Shown in pieces: positions 37,674 to 46,484 of a stretch of 64,000 nucleotides of DNA; the first letter of the stretch is position 1, and every line of letters starts with the position of its first letter. The notes under the pieces were generated by a model that made no database searches, had not been told where the DNA came from, and saw only the letters and a program-made list of their open reading frames with translations. Origin of the DNA: an uncultured Chloroflexia bacterium (lineage in GTDB: Bacteria > Chloroflexota > Limnocylindria > Limnocylindrales > CSP1-4). The translations under genes were made by a program, and so were the position numbers. The stretch covers positions 1,056,001-1,120,000 of the forward strand of contig OY970218.1 in the NCBI GenBank assembly GCA_963713975.1. Direction: 5' to 3'.

Positions 37674-38872
37674 TTGGTGGCGGGGGCCTTCGTCCTTGAT
37701 GCGGTCGCGAGCGCCTTGGAGTCCTTCTTGGACTCCTCGTTGCCCTCGAGCGTCTCGTTGTCGTCGCCACGGATGAAGGCCTCGACCCGCTCCCGTGCCA
37801 CGTCGTCGTGGAGCTGGAGCGGCGGGCTCTTCATGAAGTAGCTGGACGGTGCCACGAGGGTACCCTTCAGGCCGCGATCGAGCCCGATCTTAAGACACCG
37901 GACGGCGTCGATGATGACGCCGGCGCTGTTGGGGCTGTCCCAGACCTCGAGCTTGAGCTCGGCCTTGAGCGGCACGTCACCGAAGGTGGTGCCCTCCATG
38001 ACGATGTAGCAGTACTTGCGGTCCTGGAGCCACGGCACGTAGTCGGACGGGCCGACGTGGACGTTGCCCGGCTCCAGCTCGTAATCGAGCATGGACGTGA
38101 CAGCGTTCGTCTTGGAGATCTTCTTGGACTCCAGCCGCTCGCGCTCGAGCATGTTCATGAAGTCCGTGTTGCCGCCGAAGTTCAGCTGGTAGGTGCGATC
38201 GAGGCGGACACCCCGGTCCATGAACAGGCGGGTCAGCACGCGGTGGCTGATCGTCGCGCCGACCTGGCTCTTGATGTCGTCGCCGATGATCGGGAGGCCC
38301 ATGTCGGCGAAGCGGCGCTGCCAGTAGGGCTCGCGGCCGATGAACACCGGGATGGCGTTCACAAAGCCGACGCCGGCCTGGAGGGCCTGCTCCGCGTACC
38401 ACTTGGTCGCCTCCTCGCTCCCGACCGGGAGGTAGGAGACCATGACGTCGACCTGGCGATCCTTGAGGATGCCGACCACGTCTGCCGTCGGGCCGGGGGC
38501 CTTCTCGATGACCTGCGAGAGGTACTTGCCCAGACCGTCGTGGGTCATGCCGCGGTCCACGGTCACGCCCATGTGGGGCACGTCCATGAACTTGATCGTG
38601 TTGTTCTGGCCCGCGAAGATCGCCTCGGAGATGTCCTTGCCGACCTTCTCCTTGTCGATGTCGAAGGCCGCCACGAACTCCACCGAGTTGATGTGGTAGT
38701 CGCCCAGCTGGACGTGCATCAGGCCCGGGATGGTGTCGGTGGTCTTCGCGTTCTCGTAGTAGTAGCGGCCCTGGATGAGGCTGCTGGCGCAGTTGCCGAC
38801 GCCGACGACGGCGACGCGGATCTTGCGATCCGCCTTGGCGGGGACGGTCTCGTTGGTCACGTGGGTCTCCAT
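37670..38872 (-). CDS. ino1: myo-inositol-1-phosphate synthase
   Basis: [36 protein letters not shown] and WDSPNSAG motifs. Confidence 0.95.
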   Translation of the reverse strand: METHVTNETVPAKADRKIRVAVVGVGNCASSLIQGRYYYENAKTTDTIPGLMHVQLGDYHINSVEFVAAFDIDKEKVGKDISEAIFAGQNNTIKFMDVPHMGVTVDRGMTHDGLGKYLSQVIEKAPGPTADVVGILKDRQVDVMVSYLPVGSEEATKWYAEQALQAGVGFVNAIPVFIGREPYWQRRFADMGLPIIGDDIKSQVGATISHRVLTRLFMDRGVRLDRTYQLNFGGNTDFMNMLERERLESKKISKTNAVTSMLDYELEPGNVHVGPSDYVPWLQDRKYCYIVMEGTTFGDVPLKAELKLEVWDSPNSAGVIIDAVRCLKIGLDRGLKGTLVAPSSYFMKSPPLQLHDDVARERVEAFIRGDDNETLEGNEESKKDSKALATASRTKAPATK

Positions 38873-38880
38873 GTGTCGCG

Positions 38881-39507
38881 CTACCCCTGGCGGGACGCCT
38901 GCCCGAGGGTGACGACGATGCGCTGGATAGTGGTGATGGTCGCGAGGATTGCGATCAGCCCGAGGGAGAACGCCAGGATGGTCAGGGATGCACCCGCGAG
39001 CGCGACGCCCACGGTCAGGATCACGAGCCGGACCTCGCGTGGGGCGAGACCGACATTGGCCATGCCCTTGCCGGGCGCGAAGCCCAGGCTCTCCGCGCGA
39101 GCGCGGGTGTAGCTGACCATGAAGGCGGCCGACATCGCCGCGGCGGCGAGGATCGCCCCCAGGTCAAAGTCCGCAAACAGGCAGCCGGCGACGATGCCGA
39201 TGTAGACGACCCCCTCACCCCACCGGTCGAAGGTGGAGTCGAGGAATGCGCCGGCCTTGCTCGCCTTCCCGGTCGCCCGGGCCACGAGGCCATCGAACAT
39301 GTCGAAGATGCCGCCGAAGATGATCAGGAACCCGGCAAGCGGCCAGGCTTGTGCACCCGCGGCGACGGCCGCGGCGCACGCGATGAGGAATCCGATGACG
39401 GTGAGGGCGTTGGGCGACAGTCCGAGGCGGGCCAGGCCCCGACCCACCGGCTCGGCGAGCCCGCGGATGCGGGATCTCAGCTCCGGCGAGACGAACGAGC
39501 CGCTCAC
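38881..39507 (-). CDS. pgsA: CDP-alcohol phosphatidyltransferase (phosphatidylinositol-phosphate synthase-like)
   Basis: [15 protein letters not shown]...[19 protein letters not shown] and R.VR motifs. Confidence 0.85.
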   Translation of the reverse strand: MSGSFVSPELRSRIRGLAEPVGRGLARLGLSPNALTVIGFLIACAAAVAAGAQAWPLAGFLIIFGGIFDMFDGLVARATGKASKAGAFLDSTFDRWGEGVVYIGIVAGCLFADFDLGAILAAAAMSAAFMVSYTRARAESLGFAPGKGMANVGLAPREVRLVILTVGVALAGASLTILAFSLGLIAILATITTIQRIVVTLGQASRQG

Positions 39508-39866
39508 GACGACGCTCCCTGCCCGATCGGGGCTGCCTCCAGCCCGAGGGCCCTGGCCTGGCGGGTGGCGAACATCGCGAAAGCCTCCGGCTCGATGGTG
39601 TGGATCGTCTCCCGGCCGTTCCGCTGTGCGGAGACCAGCCCGACCTCGCGCAGCTTGGAGAGGTGCCAGGAGACGAGGGGTTGCGACAAGCCGACACGGT
39701 CGATGAGCTCGGTGACCGTGGCCGGCCCCTCGGCCAGGACGCGGCAGATCCTGAGCCGGTTGACGTCCGCCAGCACCTTGTGGAAGCGGCGCAGCTCGCG
39801 GAGGTCGTCGGGCTGGTCGACGACCGCGGCAAACGTGCTCCGGATCCGCGCGGGAGAGGGGGACAC
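39504..39866 (-). CDS. ArsR-family transcriptional regulator heading the PI/PIM operon (start approximate)
   Basis: KVLADVNRLRI and SQPLVSWHLSKLREVGLV motifs; GTGA overlap with pgsA. Confidence 0.8.
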   Translation of the reverse strand: MSPSPARIRSTFAAVVDQPDDLRELRRFHKVLADVNRLRICRVLAEGPATVTELIDRVGLSQPLVSWHLSKLREVGLVSAQRNGRETIHTIEPEAFAMFATRQARALGLEAAPIGQGASS

Positions 39867-39907
39867 GACCGGGGGTACCTGCTGCTCGAGTTGACACACC
39901 GTCGAAT

Positions 39908-39968
39908 GCATCAACGACGGTTTATATCAACGGGCGTTGATGCTAGGCACGGGGCGTGCGCTTGTCAA
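39908..39968 (-). promoter_or_regulatory. Promoter TTGACA-17-TAGCAT with tandem ATCAAC-N4-GTT(G/T)AT operators
   Basis: -35 at 39963-39968 and -10 at 39940-39945 (minus strand); palindromes at 39910-39925 and 39926-39941. Confidence 0.75.
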
Positions 39969-40081
39969 GCCGTCCTCCCCCGAGATCGGCGGAGCGGGAG
40001 GACGGCGGCACCGATGAATGCTCCGCGGCCGGTGTCAGGGCGCCGGATGCCGACGCGTCACGAGGCGGGTCGATATCGGCG

Positions 40082-41221
40082 ATGATCCTGGACATGGACT
40101 CGACAAGGCGCGCCGACCCCTTGTCGACGACGCCCGTGCGGCAGCGCCTCGTACTGGTCACCGGGAGCACCCGGAGTGGCACCAGCATGGTCGCGGGCTC
40201 GCTCCACCATCTCGGGCTGCACGTTCCGCTTCCGGTGCTCAAGTCGAATGACAGCAATCCCCGGGGCTTTTTCGAGTCGACGTGGCCGCTGTGGTTCCAT
40301 CGCCGCCTGCTCGACAAGTGCCTGGTGAACCAGACCGACTGCAGGCCCGAGGCGTTCCGGATCGTCGCGGGGGCGGTGACGGACGTCGAGCGCGCCGAGC
40401 TCGGCGCCTGGCTGGAGGGCGTCTTCGGTGACGCCCGGCAGGTCGTCGTGAAGGATCCCCGTGCCATTTGGGTGCCGTGGCTGTGGGAAGCGACTGCCGC
40501 GGGCATGGGTGTCGACACCGGGTTCCTCACCGCGGTCCGGCACCCCGCCGAGGTTGTCGCGAGTCGCGCGACGTACTACCACGCGGGACGGCCCGACCGG
40601 GACGCCTGGAGCTACCGCGTCCGCAACCTGTGCACCTGGATCAACGCCAACCTCGGCATCGAGCGCCAGACACGTGGCCGCCGAAGGGCGATCGTCCGCT
40701 ACGAGGATCTCCTCGCTGACTGGCGCGGCGTGATGCGGACCGTTCGGGATGACCTTGACATCGAGCTGGACCCGGCGATGGACGGCAGCGGGCGGCACGA
40801 GGTGGATGCCTTCATCGAGCCGTCGCTCCGCCGGCATGAGCCGTCGTGGGACGGCATGGACCTGCCACCAGCACTCGTGGAGATCGCCGAGGGGGTATGG
40901 ACGGGGCTTGGCGCGGTTGCGGGCGGCCAGAGCGACTCCACCACTGCAGGGGACCTGGACGACCTTGCCCACGAGTACGAGTCGCTGATGCTCGTCGCGC
41001 AGGCCGTAGCGCAGGACACCGCCCGGGCGGCGCACCTCGCCGGCATTCGCGAGGCCGGCGCCGGCCTGCCGGATGGCACCGGCACCGGGCGGGGGGCAAT
41101 CAATCGCGCGGCGACCAGGCAAACGGCCGGCCGCAGGATCCGCCGCGTGGCTCGGCGCTGGACGCCGGCCTCGATGCGGCGCCTGGTCAGTCGGACTCGG
41201 GACGAGGAGTCGCAGCCCTAG
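40082..41221 (+). CDS. Sulfotransferase-family protein
   Basis: VTGSTRSGTS PAPS-loop, NPRGFFE, KDPR, RHPAEV..S and VRYEDLL motifs. Confidence 0.8.
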   Translation: MILDMDSTRRADPLSTTPVRQRLVLVTGSTRSGTSMVAGSLHHLGLHVPLPVLKSNDSNPRGFFESTWPLWFHRRLLDKCLVNQTDCRPEAFRIVAGAVTDVERAELGAWLEGVFGDARQVVVKDPRAIWVPWLWEATAAGMGVDTGFLTAVRHPAEVVASRATYYHAGRPDRDAWSYRVRNLCTWINANLGIERQTRGRRRAIVRYEDLLADWRGVMRTVRDDLDIELDPAMDGSGRHEVDAFIEPSLRRHEPSWDGMDLPPALVEIAEGVWTGLGAVAGGQSDSTTAGDLDDLAHEYESLMLVAQAVAQDTARAAHLAGIREAGAGLPDGTGTGRGAINRAATRQTAGRRIRRVARRWTPASMRRLVSRTRDEESQP

Positions 41222-41415
41222 GTGGATGGGGATGCAGATCGTCCGGCGATGAGCCGGGCACTCGCGGGTGGTACGACCAGGGCTCCTTGCATCCAAATGG
41301 AATCCCGACTGATTCCCTATGCCTTACCGACAAGGCGCCATAGATGGCGTTGAATCTAAGGTGAGGCGACCGAAGTCGGTCCACCTCGACCAAGCCCGCA
41401 ACCGGTAGTGTCCCA

Positions 41416-41523
41416 ATGCTCTACGACCTCGCCATCAGCACCATCACCGTTCTTATCGTGGTCTCCCCCATGGCCTTCGCGGCCTGGTACGACCGCCGCC
41501 TCGGGCTCGACGCGGACCGCTGA
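41416..41523 (+). CDS. Putative 35-aa single-TM small protein (MLYDLAISTITVLIVVSPMAFAAWYDRRLGLDADR)
   Basis: Mostly G/C third positions, hydrophobic helix plus charged tail, followed by a GC hairpin. Too short for the ORF track. Confidence 0.5.
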   Translation: MLYDLAISTITVLIVVSPMAFAAWYDRRLGLDADR

Positions 41524-41529
41524 CCCGCA

Positions 41530-41556
41530 CCCACCGGGCCGCGAAGGCCGGTGGGC
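41530..41556 (+). terminator. GC-rich hairpin after the small ORF
   Basis: cccaccgggcc-gcgaa-ggccggtggg; no clear U-tract. Confidence 0.35.
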
Positions 41557-41577
41557 CACCCGTCCTACACTCCCGGG

Positions 41578-43239
41578 GTGCATCGGCTCTCGCGGCGTGA
41601 TTCCCTCGTTCTCCTCGCGGTCCTCGGAACCGGGGTCTTTCTTGCCGGCCTCGAGCTGATGATCACGGCGGTGGCCCTCCCGGCCATCGTCGTGGACCTG
41701 GCCGACTGGACGCGCCTCCGGGAGGCGTCCTGGATCATCAACGGCTACCTCCTGGTGTACGTCGTCACGATGCCCGTGGCGGGCAGGCTGGCAGACCTGT
41801 ACGGCGCGCGCCGCACGTTCCTCGTGGCCCTGTCGATCTTCACCCTCGGCTCGCTTCTGGCGGGCGCTGCGCCCACGCTCGAGTGGCTGATCGCGGCGCG
41901 CCTCGTGCAGGCCGTCGGCGGTGGCGCCCTGATCCCGATCGCGACCTCTGCGGCATCGCACCTGTTCGCAGGCAGGGCGCGACCGAGGGCGCTCGGGGTG
42001 ATCGGCGCCCTGACGTTCCTGGGCATGGCCGCGGGTCCGGTCCTGGGCGCCGCCATCCTGGGGGCCGTTCATGCCGAGGCCGCCCTGTCGCGGCTCGGGT
42101 TTGAGGCCGGGTCGACTGCCGCCGGCCTGCTGGCCCCATCGTGGCGCTGGGTTTTCTACGTGAACGTGCCCATCGGCACCGTGGCGCTGGTGATCGCCTG
42201 GGCGGCGAGCAGCGATTGGGAGACGCCGCGGCGCAAGGGTCGCGTGGACTTCGTGGGCGCCCTCCTGTTCTCGGCGTTCCTGGTGGGCTCGCTCGGCGCG
42301 CTGACGCTGCTCGGCTCGCAGGGATCAACGGCGGAAGGCCTGGACCCGACGACGGTCTCCCGGGTGCTGATCGTGATCGCCGCCGTCGCCGGGCCGACCA
42401 CGATCGTGCGCGGGCTCCGGGTGTCGGACCCGTTCCTGGACCCTCGCCTCTTCCGGTCGGCTCCGTTCTCCTCGGCGACACTGGTTTCGGCCCTTACCGG
42501 CTACGGGCTGGCGACGGCGATCGTGGGCGCGGCGGTGTTCGTGGACCGGGTGCTGTACGGCGGACCGGACGAGCAGCGACTCGCGCTCGGTGCCCTCGCC
42601 GGTGCGACGGCCGCTGGGGCGCTCCTGTCCGGGTTCGCGGTCCGGCTGCTGTCGCTGCGCATCGTCACGCTGCTGGGGCTGGGAGCCTCGATCGCCGGGT
42701 TGTGGCTCATGGCCTCGTGGACGCCCGCGACATCGGTCGAGCAGGCCGCCATCGCCCTCGCCATCTTCGGGGCGGGGTTCGGCCTCACGGTGACACCCCG
42801 CTCCACCGCCGCGGTGGAATCGGTATCGATCGATGCGTACGGGGTGGCGTCGTCGACCGTGACCGTTGCCCGGATGGTGGGCATGGCCGTCGGCCTCGCG
42901 ATCCTGACCGCGTACGGCTCGACGACGATCGACCGCCTGTACGACCAGATCTACGCCACGTCGGACGCCTACCTCCAGTACATTCCTGAGTCGCTCCAGG
43001 ACCGGCCGCTCCGGGACGGGCTGGTCGTTGAGGCTCTGGAGTCATGGGCGGCCGGCGAGGCGGCCCGGATCATGGTCGGCGTGTTCCTGGTCGCGGCCGT
43101 GGTGACCGCCGCGGCGATCCCGCCGTCGCTCCTCCTGGACCGGCGGCGGCGTATGCTCGGCGACGCCGGAGTGGACCCGGTGACGAGTGGAGCAGCGGAG
43201 CCCGATGCAGCCCCCGACGACAACGACGCCCGAGCCTGA
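41578..43239 (+). CDS. MFS transporter (DHA2/EmrB-like)
   Basis: WIINGYLL, GRLADLYGARR, ARLVQAVGGG, WRWVFYVNVPIG and LDPRLF motifs. Confidence 0.9.
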   Translation: MHRLSRRDSLVLLAVLGTGVFLAGLELMITAVALPAIVVDLADWTRLREASWIINGYLLVYVVTMPVAGRLADLYGARRTFLVALSIFTLGSLLAGAAPTLEWLIAARLVQAVGGGALIPIATSAASHLFAGRARPRALGVIGALTFLGMAAGPVLGAAILGAVHAEAALSRLGFEAGSTAAGLLAPSWRWVFYVNVPIGTVALVIAWAASSDWETPRRKGRVDFVGALLFSAFLVGSLGALTLLGSQGSTAEGLDPTTVSRVLIVIAAVAGPTTIVRGLRVSDPFLDPRLFRSAPFSSATLVSALTGYGLATAIVGAAVFVDRVLYGGPDEQRLALGALAGATAAGALLSGFAVRLLSLRIVTLLGLGASIAGLWLMASWTPATSVEQAAIALAIFGAGFGLTVTPRSTAAVESVSIDAYGVASSTVTVARMVGMAVGLAILTAYGSTTIDRLYDQIYATSDAYLQYIPESLQDRPLRDGLVVEALESWAAGEAARIMVGVFLVAAVVTAAAIPPSLLLDRRRRMLGDAGVDPVTSGAAEPDAAPDDNDARA

Positions 43240-44239
43240 CGTCCCACTGGCCGGCGGCGCCGTGCCCGACGAGGCGTGGCCCCGGATCCGGGGTGTCTCC
43301 TGGACGCCCGCCGGCACACAGTCGATCGACGACCGCGAGACGCTCTCGCGGGCGCTGGCCGACCCGGAGGCCCGCCTGTGGGTGGACGTCACGGCGCCGT
43401 CGCATGTCCAGGTCACGGACATCGCCGACCTGCTCACGCTCCATCCCCTCATCGCCGAGGACATCGCCGAGCGCAATCAGCGGGCCAAGGTGGAGGAGAT
43501 CGGGGGCGCTATCCATGTCGTCATGTTCTGGATCTCCCACAAGTCCAGGATCGCCGAGGTCGAGATCGACCTGGTGCTCACCCATCGATCGCTGCTGACC
43601 GTCCACGAGCCCGGCTGGGACCCGTTCGCGATGCAGCAGCTCCGGGGCGATCCGGGCAGCCTGCTCCGCCGGGGCCCCGACTTCCTGCTCTACGCCCTGA
43701 CCGACGGCATCGTGGACGGCTACTTCCCGGTGCTGGACGCGATCGAGGACGAGATAGACGCGCTCCAGGACGACGTGATCGCGAACCCAAGCTCGACGAC
43801 GCTGGAGCGCCTGTTCGCCCTCAAGCGGGACCTCATCGGTCTGCGCAGGGCGATGTCGCCTGCCCGCGAGATCTTCAACCAGCTCACGAACCGCGACCTG
43901 GACCTCGTGGCGCCCGAGCATGTCGTGTACTTCCGCGACGTGTACGACCACCTGATCCGCGTCACCGACGAGCTGGACAACGACCGCGAGCTCGTCGCCG
44001 GCACCCTCGAGGTGTACCTGTCCACCGTCAACAACAACCTGTCGGTGATCATGAAGCGGCTGACGGGTGTGACGGTGATCCTCGCGGGGATCGCCGCGGT
44101 CGCCGGGCTGTTCGGGATGAGCGAGGCCGGCGCCGCGATCGCCGGGCGCGAGGGTGGCGGTTTCTGGCTGGTGACCACGATCGTCGTCGCCGGGGCAGTG
44201 TCGACCGCAGCCGTGCTCCGCCGGATCAACTGGATCTAG
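43187..44239 (+). CDS. corA: CorA-family divalent cation transporter (start may be ATG 43205)
   Basis: LHPLIAED, QRAKVE, YFRDVYDHL and MKRLT motifs; GMS replaces the GMN signature. Confidence 0.85.
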   Translation: MEQRSPMQPPTTTTPEPDVPLAGGAVPDEAWPRIRGVSWTPAGTQSIDDRETLSRALADPEARLWVDVTAPSHVQVTDIADLLTLHPLIAEDIAERNQRAKVEEIGGAIHVVMFWISHKSRIAEVEIDLVLTHRSLLTVHEPGWDPFAMQQLRGDPGSLLRRGPDFLLYALTDGIVDGYFPVLDAIEDEIDALQDDVIANPSSTTLERLFALKRDLIGLRRAMSPAREIFNQLTNRDLDLVAPEHVVYFRDVYDHLIRVTDELDNDRELVAGTLEVYLSTVNNNLSVIMKRLTGVTVILAGIAAVAGLFGMSEAGAAIAGREGGGFWLVTTIVVAGAVSTAAVLRRINWI

Positions 44240-44282
44240 GGTCGCGCCGCCCACGTCGTCCGCGGCTCACCCCAGCCGACCG

Positions 44283-45032
44283 TCAGCCGCACACCACGGG
44301 CTTGGGCTTCGGGTTCGCGTCCTCGTGGGAGGCCGCGGACACGGAGATCAGGGAGGCCCGCAGCTGTGTCTTGCCCAGCGTCCCCTTCGGCCCCTCCGAT
44401 GTCTGGAGCCAGAGCTCCTCGTCGGTGGCCGCCAGGGCGTCCTCGAGGTCGAGGGCATGCAGCCGGTATTCCTCGATCTCGTACAGGTAGACCTTGTCGT
44501 CGCTGCTGTAGACCTGGACGACCATGCCGAGCATCTTCTTGGCGTTGCGCTTCGGGATCGCCAGCTCGTAGATCGGGCCGAACATGCCGTCCCGCGCGTG
44601 TGCGTAGAGGTATGTCGCGCGGCCCTCGCCAGGTTGCCCGAAGGCGTCCTTGGCCTCGCTCTTGCCGGTCTGGAGATACATCGCCACGTTGCACAGCGGG
44701 TAGCCGCTGTTGCCCTTGACGACAGGCAGGTCGATCTTGAGCGCGGGGATGGCCACGCGGGTCGCGACGGCCCGCTCGCCCGGTGCCGTGGGACTCGGGG
44801 ACACGGAGGCGGTTGGCGTGGAGTCGGGGGACAGGCTCGGCGTCGGGCTGGGCTCTGTCGTGGGCGACGACGTGGGTGCCAGCGTCTCGACGACCGCCAC
44901 CTGCTCGGGCGTGGTGCCCGGCGTCGCAGAGTCGGCGTACGAGAGCAGTCCGGCCGTGATCAGCACCACGCCCATCGCCGTCACGAGGGCCGGGAGCAGG
45001 CGCCAGCGGATGAGGTGGAGCAGCGACGACAT
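44283..45032 (-). CDS. Sortase-fold membrane protein lacking the catalytic Cys
   Basis: TM plus P/T/S linker, RVAIPALKIDLPVV, PGEG..YLYAH; LWLQTS in place of TLxTC. Confidence 0.7.
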   Translation of the reverse strand: MSSLLHLIRWRLLPALVTAMGVVLITAGLLSYADSATPGTTPEQVAVVETLAPTSSPTTEPSPTPSLSPDSTPTASVSPSPTAPGERAVATRVAIPALKIDLPVVKGNSGYPLCNVAMYLQTGKSEAKDAFGQPGEGRATYLYAHARDGMFGPIYELAIPKRNAKKMLGMVVQVYSSDDKVYLYEIEEYRLHALDLEDALAATDEELWLQTSEGPKGTLGKTQLRASLISVSAASHEDANPKPKPVVCG

Positions 45033-45100
45033 CGTGCCGAGATGCTATGCGAGCACGGCGGATCCTGCCCCCACCCGTTCGGGCTGGTACGCTCGAACCG

Positions 45101-45817
45101 ATGGGTGGGAAGAGCGTGATCGTACTGGGGCTGGTCGCAGGTGTCGTCGTGGGCGGCCTGCTGGTCGGCGGACTCGTGGCCCTGACGCCCGGTCCGGCGA
45201 GCCCGGTGAACCCAACGCCCGCCGCCTCGGGACCGCCGCCCGCGACAGCGCCGCCCTCGACACCGCCGCCCCCGGCTCCGTCCACGTCCGCACCGGAGAG
45301 CACGACGCCGGCACCCCCGCCCACGGCACCCGCGGCGCCTGCCTCGAGCGATCCCTCCCCGTCGTCCGGGACCGCCGCCTTCGGCATCGGGGAGGTGGCT
45401 CCGCCGCTCGTCGTGCCGCTGCTCGGTGGTGGCACCGCGGACCTCGCCTCGTATCGGGGCAAGCCCGTCTGGGTCAACTTCATGGCGACCTGGTGCCCCT
45501 CGTGTGCCGACGAGCTGCCCCTGATGGCCGGCTATGCGGCCCGCTACGCGGAGTCGGGTCTCGAGGTGCTGCCGGTGGACGTGCGCGAGGACGAGGCGGC
45601 CGTTCAGGCGCTGTTCGACGCTGTAGCTCCCTCGCTCACCGCGGGCCTGGACCAGGACGGCGCGGCACAGGCGGCATGGGACGCCCTCGCCCTGCCGGTC
45701 CACTTCTGGATCGACGCGGACGGCATCGTCCGTGACGGCGCGCTGGGAGCGATCGGACCGGACGTGATGGCGCGCGGCCTGCAGGCGATCCTGCCCGGAG
45801 AGATCGTCACACCCTGA
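45101..45817 (+). CDS. Membrane-anchored TlpA/ResA thiol-disulfide oxidoreductase
   Basis: GKPVWVNFMATWCPSCADELP and LPVHFWIDADG motifs. Confidence 0.88.
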   Translation: MGGKSVIVLGLVAGVVVGGLLVGGLVALTPGPASPVNPTPAASGPPPATAPPSTPPPPAPSTSAPESTTPAPPPTAPAAPASSDPSPSSGTAAFGIGEVAPPLVVPLLGGGTADLASYRGKPVWVNFMATWCPSCADELPLMAGYAARYAESGLEVLPVDVREDEAAVQALFDAVAPSLTAGLDQDGAAQAAWDALALPVHFWIDADGIVRDGALGAIGPDVMARGLQAILPGEIVTP

Positions 45818-45923
45818 CACCGAGCAGGTCTGTCAGCCGGCCACGAGCAGCGGGTGCGTCAAGGACGGTAATGCTTATCCGCTTGCTTCAACACACCACA
45901 ACATGTAGGGGCAGGCAGGTGGA

Positions 45924-46385
45924 CTACACGCCGAGGCCGGCACTCCGCAGCAGGGTGACGAAATGGTCCGGGAGCGGCCCCGCTCCCCACGGCTCGACCC
46001 GCATCTCGGACGAAAGCATGGGCTGGGTAACCACCCATGTCGGAGGGTTCATCCACGCGTCCTCGCCGCCGAGCGGCTGGAAGGACACCAGCGCGACGAA
46101 GTCGCCACCGCGTCGGGTTGTCGCGCCCTCGTCACGAACGTCGGCGACGGCCACCATGGAGGCGGCCATGCCTGGCACTTGTGCGATCACGCTAGCGATG
46201 ACCGCTTCGCACGGCTCGCCCTGAAGTTCGCCGCAAACGTGCCGTTGCTCGGCAATCGCCGAGGGCGAGGCGGACGGTGACGGAGCCGGGGGCTGTTGCG
46301 TCGGACCCGTTGTGGGCTGAACCTGGCTGCACGCGGCAACGGCGATGACCGCGAGCACCAGCAGAGCGATGCGTTTCATGACCAT
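45924..46385 (-). CDS. Hypothetical lipoprotein
   Basis: MKRIALLVLAVIAVAAC lipobox. Confidence 0.6.
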   Translation of the reverse strand: MVMKRIALLVLAVIAVAACSQVQPTTGPTQQPPAPSPSASPSAIAEQRHVCGELQGEPCEAVIASVIAQVPGMAASMVAVADVRDEGATTRRGGDFVALVSFQPLGGEDAWMNPPTWVVTQPMLSSEMRVEPWGAGPLPDHFVTLLRSAGLGV

Positions 46386-46484
46386 CTGACGACCCCAGGG
46401 CGAGAGTTGTTTCCACAGCACTCTGTGACGGGGTTGGATCTTGTCAAGCGCAAGAGCGGCCTTGCGGCAAGTGTTCCTTCATCT

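Noticed and set aside
33567-39507. A true eukaryote-type GPI-anchoring system
   Set aside because: No PIG-L deacetylase, ethanolamine-phosphate transferase or transamidase is visible. The genes match the PIM pathway better.
46405-46420. DnaA-box-like TTTCCACAG upstream of lepB
   Set aside because: It is a single imperfect match that could arise by chance.
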